Position numbers and translations under genes: made by a program | The notes under the pieces: model-generated | Database searches by the model: none | What the model was told of the DNA's origin: nothing | What the model saw: only the letters and a program-made list of their open reading frames with translations | In this document: positions 8,286 through 17,200 of the stretch, piece after piece | How the letters are laid out: each line of letters opens with the position of its first letter | Numbering within the stretch: position 1 is the stretch's first letter | Assembly (NCBI GenBank): GCA_020633995.1 | Contig: JACKCO010000003.1 | Coordinates: forward strand, 73,503 to 137,502 | DNA: 64,000 bases | Reading direction: 5' to 3' | DNA from: Campylobacterota bacterium | Lineage (GTDB): Bacteria > Babelota > Babeliae > Babelales > RVW-14

Positions 8286-11200
8286 ATGAAGCAGTCGATC
8301 GGAGGCACGATTGTAGTAAAAATACAATCGACAGTGTTCTGGTCGATTGCTTTTTTACTATTTACGCTGCATGGAACTACAAACGCAGCAAGTATAAAAT
8401 ATGGCGATCGAGTAAGAATACACTTCTCAAGTAAAACTAACACATCTGGCAGCGGAAAGGTATATCTCAGCGGTTCATCAGACTCAAAAGCATTTGCTAG
8501 CGAGGCAACATCTACTGCAAGCGACAACTGGATTATTGAAGGAGGAACTGTTGGCCAAGCCGTAACGACAGGAAACATTATACTTAAACATGAATCAACC
8601 GGAAAATATCTTGCAGAAAACCAAGCCAATCAACTCAACTTCGGTCTTCCTGGCTTCTTTTTTGAAGTAAGACTGCAAAGCTCAACATTCAACTGGTTTG
8701 TTTATAGCGACGGAGGCAGCAACGCTCTTGACAGCACAAAGCGTTTTTTACTTTCTCCTGGTGGAAACCAATCTGCCTATAGACTCGGAATATCAAACTC
8801 ACTTTATTCTTCAAGCGATCCCAAAAAATATATTATCACAAACTATCATCATGGCTACGGCGCTAATCCATTTGGAACATTTCCATGGCTTAGCACTGAA
8901 GCTGCTTTACCGCCGGCTGCACCTGCACCAGCGCCTGCTCCCCAGCCAGTGCCTGCTCCAACATCTGGCACCATTTATGGTAACGTATGGGGTATAGGAC
9001 CGACTAATAAAGTATATTTTCGTGAGGGTATTAGTAACGCTAATCCAACCGGCACGTCATGGTCTGAAGTCACTGGACTTTTAGCAAGCAATATCACAGT
9101 AGGACCTGATGGAAGAGTATGGGCACTAAATACGACTGCAGTTGAAGGAGGACATCAAGTTTATTACCGTGAAGGGATCACTGCATCTAACCCCAAAGGA
9201 ACTAGTTGGTCAAGAGTTGATGGTGGTTTAGCTCTGCTGGCAACAGGCCTTGGAGGACAATTATGGGGCGTTAACAACAGTGACAATTTATTTTTCCGTC
9301 AAGGCATAACATCAGGTAACCCTAAAGGAACATCATGGCAACATGTAAACCCATATTTTAAATATATTGATGCAGGCTCAGATACATACAACAGCGTTTG
9401 GGCAACCGGATCGTATCCCGGCGTTGTTTATCGACATTGGGGCAACACCACAACCCAGCCAGGCACAACTTGGTCTCCTGTAGAAAGTTATGAAATCAAG
9501 CAAATCGCAGTTGGCCCTAATGGTCAACCGTGGGGTATAAACGCGAGCAACGAAGTTGTCGCTAGAACAGGTATAACAGGCCAACAAAAAGATGTTAAAG
9601 GTACTGGCTGGCAAGCATGTGCTACTGGTGCAAAATTTGTTGGGGTAACTCGAAGCAACCAAGTATGGATGGTCAAAAATGATAACTCCATATGGGTATC
9701 TGAAACGGCCGATATGAATAATATGGCATGGCAACAAATAGACGGCTCACTGACAAAAGTTAGTGGTGGCGGCATGCCAGCGGGCTATGTACCCGGACCT
9801 TCATATCCTAGCGATGAAATACAATACGGTCAGGACATCCGTCTTGTTTGGTCAACATATCCCACAGCAGAAGTTGCTATCTCCGCATCTGCGGAAGGAA
9901 AACCATTTGGCAGCACTACAAAAACAAGCAACGATATCTGGACAATTCTTCCAACAAGCGGACAGACTGGAGTAGTAAAGCATGCTCATCAGTTTTATCT
10001 CAGACACAAAAATACTGGAAAATTCCTCTGTTACAATGGTAGCAACGCCACGCTTGATGATGGAAATCCTACTTTAAGTATTGTAATTGATAGCATGCAA
10101 AATGGACAACACATTGATACATCAGATCAACAAAACATACCATGGCTCAAAAATTATGACCGCATTGCTATCAGAACACCATCTCCCATTCGTGATTTTT
10201 TCTACTTTCCGGGAACAAAGTATACCAACCAACTCGGCCAGCAATACAACGCAGCTTGGACGTTTATAGAAAACGCACAAAAGGAACAATATTTTCCCTT
10301 TTTCAAAGCAACACCAACCACAGGACTTTCAACTCCACCTGAACCACAACCCGCACCACAGCCAGCACCTGAACCACAACCTGCACCTACCCCAGTAAAT
10401 CCTACCGACAATGTGTGGGCTGTATCTGAATCTGATGGTAAAGTCTGGTTTAGAGAAGGTGTAACTGCAACAAAACCTGAAGGTACAAGTTGGACTGAAA
10501 TCCCGGGCCTACAAGCCCGATGGATCAACGTCAGTCCCCGTGGAGAAGTATGGGCTACTACAAGAACTTCTAGCCCCGTCCCCTATTACCGTACTGGCAT
10601 TACACCTGAAAACCCAAAAGGTACCAGCTGGACTCTAGTTGACGGTGGCAATATCATGCAAATCGGTGCTGGCCTAGAAGGACAACTCTGGTGCAAAACC
10701 TACCTAGGAGAACTTTTTTACCGCACGGGAATTACCGAACAAAATCCTACGGGTAATGGATGGACAAAAATCACAGACGGCAATGTAAATGCCTATCGTT
10801 TTGCTGTAGGCGCGAATGGTGCCGTTTGGGCAACCGACTCTAACCAAGAGGCAGGTACAGGCTTTAGACCGGTATACAGAACAGGAGTCACCACAAGCAG
10901 CCCTGGTGGTACCGGTTGGCAAACTGTTACTGACGGCTTTAACGTCTCAGCCGATCTTGCCGTTGGCCCACAGGGACAACTCTGGACCATTAACACCGTA
11001 TTTCAAGCATCTGCACGCTTGGGCATTACTCCATCAAACCCTCTGGGCACATCATGGAGTAACTACTTTACCGGCATGAACTCATCACTTATGTCAGTAT
11101 CACCTAACAACAATCTCTGGCTGATTAATAGAAGTAATCAAATCTTTATTGCAAAAGACCCAACGCCTGGCTCTCCTTCATTTACTGGTGTGGGAGGTGC

Positions 11201-14200
11201 ACCATCACCACTTACCGTTATCAGTGCTGGCGGTTATCCAGGAACAATACAAACACAAACTTTGCCTCCGCCAGATCCTGACAAATACTTTCTCTATGAC
11301 CCTGCAAGCACGCCAAATAAATACGATAATAAAACATATCGCGATGCATGGAAATTGCCTGAAGCAAATCGTGGTATTATTCAATTCCGTGCTCGAGGAT
11401 TAAATGACTTGCACGTCAATCTTGGACCAGACAAAAACAACACCCATGGACAGATGTATGAAATTTTAGTTGGCGCAAACAACAATGCAGCCTCCTACCT
11501 TAAAAAGCAAAAAGTCGTCCCACCGTTTTTAAGTCCCGTAAATGCGTCACAATTTCCTCAAGCAGTTTTAGAAGGCGGTAAGCCAAGTGGACAAGGCGAC
11601 ATTTGGAATGACTTCTGGATTATCGTAGATCAGCAATTTATCCTCGTTGGGAAAGGAACCAGTCCAGGAATACCTGAAGAAATTATTTTGTGGCATCAAG
11701 ATCCATACCCACATACTGTCAACTATTTTGGTCTTGGTGGTTGGGATGCTCGTGTTGAATTTGATAACATTCGAGTCGCTCCGCTCACCAATCCCCCTAA
11801 AATCACTGACTTAACCAAATATACTCGTGCTCCAAATACTCAAACAATTTGGGAAAAAGCAGATCTTAAGTATCACCCTAACTGGAAACTACCAGTGCAA
11901 GGATCTGGCTCAATTACCTTCCGCGCAAAAGCTGCTAACAATATAATTGTCAGCATTGCACCAGGACTGTCTAGCTTTACTCAGGGTGATATCCCACCCG
12001 ACTATGATGGAGCAACCTACTTCTTCAACTTTGGAGCTAGTAATAATACACTAAGTGGTCTTTACAAAAATAACATCGACAGTGCACCAATTGAATTTAA
12101 CAACTCTGCAAACGCACGTATCAACAACGCAAATGCTTTTGAGGACTACTGGATTTCCGTAGAACCAGACGGTACATTACGCGCAGGTAAAGGATCTCCT
12201 GGCAATGCACCGCTCATCACACACAAAGATGCAAATTTTGCAAACAACATCCTGCAAGTTGGTTTTGGAGGTAAGGGCGCCACAACTGTGGAATTCACCA
12301 ATATAACCTTTGGCCAACCACTTGAAATTGTACCTGAAATTTCCCCGCAAGAACAAGCTCAATCAATTAAATATGGAGACAAGGTTGTACTTGGCATACA
12401 CAGTTCTGTGGCAAACCTGACAAAAGGTAAACCTAATTCACTTGTTGTTATTGCAACTGGTTCTGGCGAAGTAAACCCATGGTACAAAGATCAACAAGTT
12501 GCTTATGGCTGGGAAAGCGCAACAAATCTTTCAGAGTTTACGGTTCTTGCATCACACGAAGAAGGTGATAATGCACGCCTGGGTCAAGCAGTAAGAGCTG
12601 GTGATACTATCAGGCTAAAAAGTATTCCAACAAATTTATTCTTGCACTCGCACGCAGACAGAAACACCTGGAGTTCCGACACACCACCATCAATAAAACT
12701 ACAAGAGGTAACAGGCTATCCAAATAGAGATAGCAATGATAACTGGGAGCTAATTGTTAAAGACAACAGCTACTCATATTGGAACAAAGCAGCTGAAGTT
12801 ACACTGCGCCACAAAGCAACACAAAAATATCTACACGTTATTGACTACCGTTGGTGGTGGGGCCCAGGAGGAACCGACGCGTGGGCACTAGCATATAGCG
12901 TCGGGGCTAAAGATGCCCCAATACAACAATACTTTATTACCAATGAAGGCAGAGCTCTTTTTGAACAACAGCAAATTAGAGAAAAACTACAGCCAGAAGG
13001 CCAATGGATTATTGACCGCCACGGCAACACCTGGGGTACTACCGATACCGACCATCCGCAATCTGCTGGCAACAAAGAATTATACTTTAGGAAAGCCGGT
13101 CAAGAAAATTGGGAACCTATCGCAGGTGCGATTACCATGCTTGCAGCACATCCACAAAAAGACCAGGTTTGGGCTATAAATAAAGACGGTTCAATCTTTG
13201 CACGTCTTAATGTAACAAGCGGAAATCCACAAGGGAACTCATGGGCCGGTGTACCTGGTAATCTAACGCAAATTGCAATCAATCAAGACAATCACTTTGC
13301 TGGTACTGACTCTGCAAATAAAGTGTATTTTTCACCTACCGATGACCCTGGCAATCCTTCATGGATGTTACTATTACCACCACTGCAGCAATCTGATACA
13401 CGTCCATGGGAATTGAGCATTGATGATCATCCACTCTTTACCGGTAATAAACGAGTATTTTTCAATACACAAAACGGCTGGATAGAAATTGAAGGCGCTA
13501 TGAAGCAGCTAGCACGGAGAAGCAATGGCCATGTTTGGGCAATAAAAAATGACAACAGCATCTACTTTAGAGAGGGAGTAAACACTCAAAACCCGATGGG
13601 TTCAAGCTGGAAACCAGTTGCAGGCTCACTAACAAGTATTGGGGTTAATCAACAGGACACCATTATTGGAACAAACCAACTGGGCGATAATATATTCTCA
13701 TTAACTAACGATCCGAATAATCCACAATGGCGAAATGTTGTTCCACCACTTCAAGAACCATATGTTGTTGGTCCACAAGGACACACATGGGCTTTGAGTG
13801 TTAACGACCATACAGAGTTCCCTGGTAATAAACGAATTTTCCACAAACTACCTGATCAATGGATTGAAATTGATGGAGCATTAAAAAAACTGGCCGTCGG
13901 TACTAACGGACAAGTATGGGGTATCAATAGCACTAACACCCTTTTCTCTCGTGACGGCATAACTGCACAAAACACTGCAGGATCAGGCTGGATCGTTGTT
14001 CCCGGCAATCTCAAAGATATTTTATTTGATAGCCAAAATAATCAATTCATCGGTATTAACGAATTTGATGAGGATGTTATCTCTCAAACCAGTGATCCAA
14101 ATAATCCTGCGTGGATACCATTCCTACAAACACCCGATGGCCGCTGGACTCTGAGTGATGTTGATCATAAAAATTCTCTAAATAATAAATACACTTTCTT

Positions 14201-17200
14201 CAAAGAAAATAACGGCTTATGGAATCTGGTCGAGGGAGCTTTGTCCCAAATCAGCGTTAGCCCAAACAACGAGGTATGGGGCATACAGGCCAATGGCAAT
14301 GTCTTCACTCGTCAAGAAATTACTCCACAAAACCTTAAAGGGTCAAGTTGGTTACAAGTTCCTGGGCAGCTATCAGAAATCGCCGTTGGCAACGATGGCA
14401 TTGTATACGGCAAAACACTTGCAAATAAAGGCGTGTTTTTGGCAAACGAAGACCTCGCAAATCCACTGTGGCTTGAAGTACTACCAGCACTTCAACAATC
14501 AAATACCCGCCCATGGGAACTTAGCCAGGCTGATCACCCGCTTGTTCCTGGCGAAAAACGAATTTTTTATAACCTCGGCGATAAGTGGGTTGAAGTCGGC
14601 GGCACGCTCAAACAACTTGTGCTCAGACCTAATGGTGATGTTTGGGGAATTAATAGCGAACATGAAATCTATTTCCGCGACGGTATAACACAACAAAATC
14701 CATTAGGCACTGATTGGGTTGTTGTTCCAGGAAAACTCGCTGACATTCGTCTTGACGGTAACGGCACCATCAACGGGACAACCCCAGAAGGTCAAGATGT
14801 GTACTCAATCACCAACAACCCTATTGATCCAGCATGGAGAAATTTAACACCACCGCTGCAAAGTCCTGTTACTGGCCCTGACGGCCACACATGGGCTCTA
14901 AGCATTGCTGACCATCCACAATCACCGGGCGACAAACGAATTTTCTTCCAAGAACAAGATACTTCGTGGAGCGAGGTTGATGGAGCTCTCAAACAAATTT
15001 CTGTTGGACCTGGAGGCCAAGTCTGGGGAACAAATATAAACAACCAAATTTTCTATCGCAATGGTGTAACTGAACAAAATCCTAAAGGAACGGACTGGAT
15101 TCAAACACCTGGTATTTGCACCGTATGTACCATTAATCCGGACGGCTTTGTAACAGGAATAACGCCTGACGGTGACACAATCATCTTTAATGGTAATTTT
15201 ACAAATCCTAACTGGGTACCAGCCGATAGCTTGCATAATTATGATCCTGATAAACAAACTCCTGGCTCATTAACATTCAAACCCGAATGGGGCCTACCGC
15301 AGCCAAGCCGTGGTAACGTACTCTTCAAAGCAAAGGCACAAGCCAGCATTGCCATCGGCTTAAGTCCAATTGACCGAACACTTCCTGGCAACATGTACCA
15401 ACTAAGCATTGGTGGTGACAATAACACAAGCACCTTTATCACTGACGGTACCAGCAACAGACTTCAGAGTACTAACAACCAAGAAGCATTAATCGATAAT
15501 CAAAACGTCTTTATCCCATACTGGGTCACCGTCTATGATGATACAATTGTTGTAGGCCGAGGTGTCATTCCTGGCGAAAATGAATTCTTCAGATATCAAG
15601 ACCAGTCACCGGTACAAAATCTTACCAATGTTGGTCTTGGTGGTTTGCAAAATCCTGTTGAATTCAAAGACATCTCTATAATAGCTGCAACAAAACCAAC
15701 GCTCCTGCTCCCTCCATTGCAAACACCTATTACAGATCCTACAACTGGCTCTACATGGGTACTGAGTGAAGATGATGATCCTAGCAATCCTGGCAATAAA
15801 CAAATATTCTTTAAGCATCAAGACAGCGATGAATGGAATAAAATTGAAGGAAGCTTAACAGCTCTTGCAATTCACCCAACAAGCGGACAAATTTGGGGTA
15901 TTAATGCAAACAATGATATTCTCGCCCGTAATGGTATAACAGCACAAAACCCAGCAGGAACAAGCTGGTCCACAATCCAGGGCAAACTTAAAACTATTGA
16001 AATAATTACATTTGGTACCATGCCACATTTTGGGGGAACTAACCTTAACGACCAAAGCATATTCTCACAAACCGATGCTCCTAATAATCCAGCATGGATT
16101 GAACTCAAACAAGCACAACAACAAGCAGCACAAGAAGCTGAACAAAAACGCATCAATGATCTGTTGCCACCTGCCACCGAATGGATTCCCGACACACGTG
16201 GCAACAATTGGGCGCTCAGCACACAACAAGATTCAACTGGAAACAGAGAGGTATTCTTTCAACACGCCGGACAACTATGGCAAGCATTGCCTGACACTCC
16301 TCTCAAGAATCTGATTGTCGACAATAATGGAAACCTTTGGGCCATTACCGGTAATAGCACGGTCTACACCCGTGATGGTATAACCGACCAAACACCTCAA
16401 GGAACAACATGGACTCAAATACCTGGCGCACTTGAGCAAATTAATTTTGAGCAAGACAAAAACCTAGTCGCAGGTATAACGCCTGATCAACAAGGTGTTT
16501 ACTCTCAAACCGGCACACCACAAAATCCAGCCTGGATACCATACCTTAATCCAGTTAACAATCGTTGGGCACTGAGCCGAGATGACCACCCTGCTCAGCC
16601 AGGTAACAAACGTATCTTCTTTAAAGAAAACAATAATCTATGGACAGAAATAGATGGAACACTTTCTCAAATGAGCGTTGGCAACAATAATCAAGTTTGG
16701 GGCGTTGATAACAATAGCAACGTATTTACCCGAGAAGGTATAACGCCAGAAAACCTTAAAGGTACTAACTGGAAACAAGTTCCTGGCAAACTAACCACGA
16801 TCGATATTGATAACGATGGCATTATTTTTGGTACCACTCCAGAAGGTAAAGAGATCTACCTTGCAAACGATGATCTACAAAATCCGGTATGGCTTGAAAT
16901 ATTACCGCCACTACAACAATCAGATACTCGTCCGTGGGAGCTCAGTCAAGCAGACTACCCAGGCTACCCCGGTGACAAACGAGTATTTTATGAGCTACCA
17001 GATGGTTGGACTGAAGTAGGTAAAACACCGCTCAAAAAACTTGTAGTAACACCAAATGCTCAAGTGTGGGGTATTAATAATAACGGTGACACTTTCTACC
17101 GCGAAGGCATAACAACACAAAATCCAACAGGTACCGGATGGGGAACAATCCCTAGAAAATTTGTTGATATAGAACTAGATAAAAATAATAACATTGTTGG

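Noticed and set aside
8174-8629. 151-aa minus-strand ORF overlapping the start of the giant gene
   Set aside because: It has no RBS and no recognisable motifs. It overlaps the signal peptide and first domain of the 3805-aa ORF, whose start has a strong RBS.
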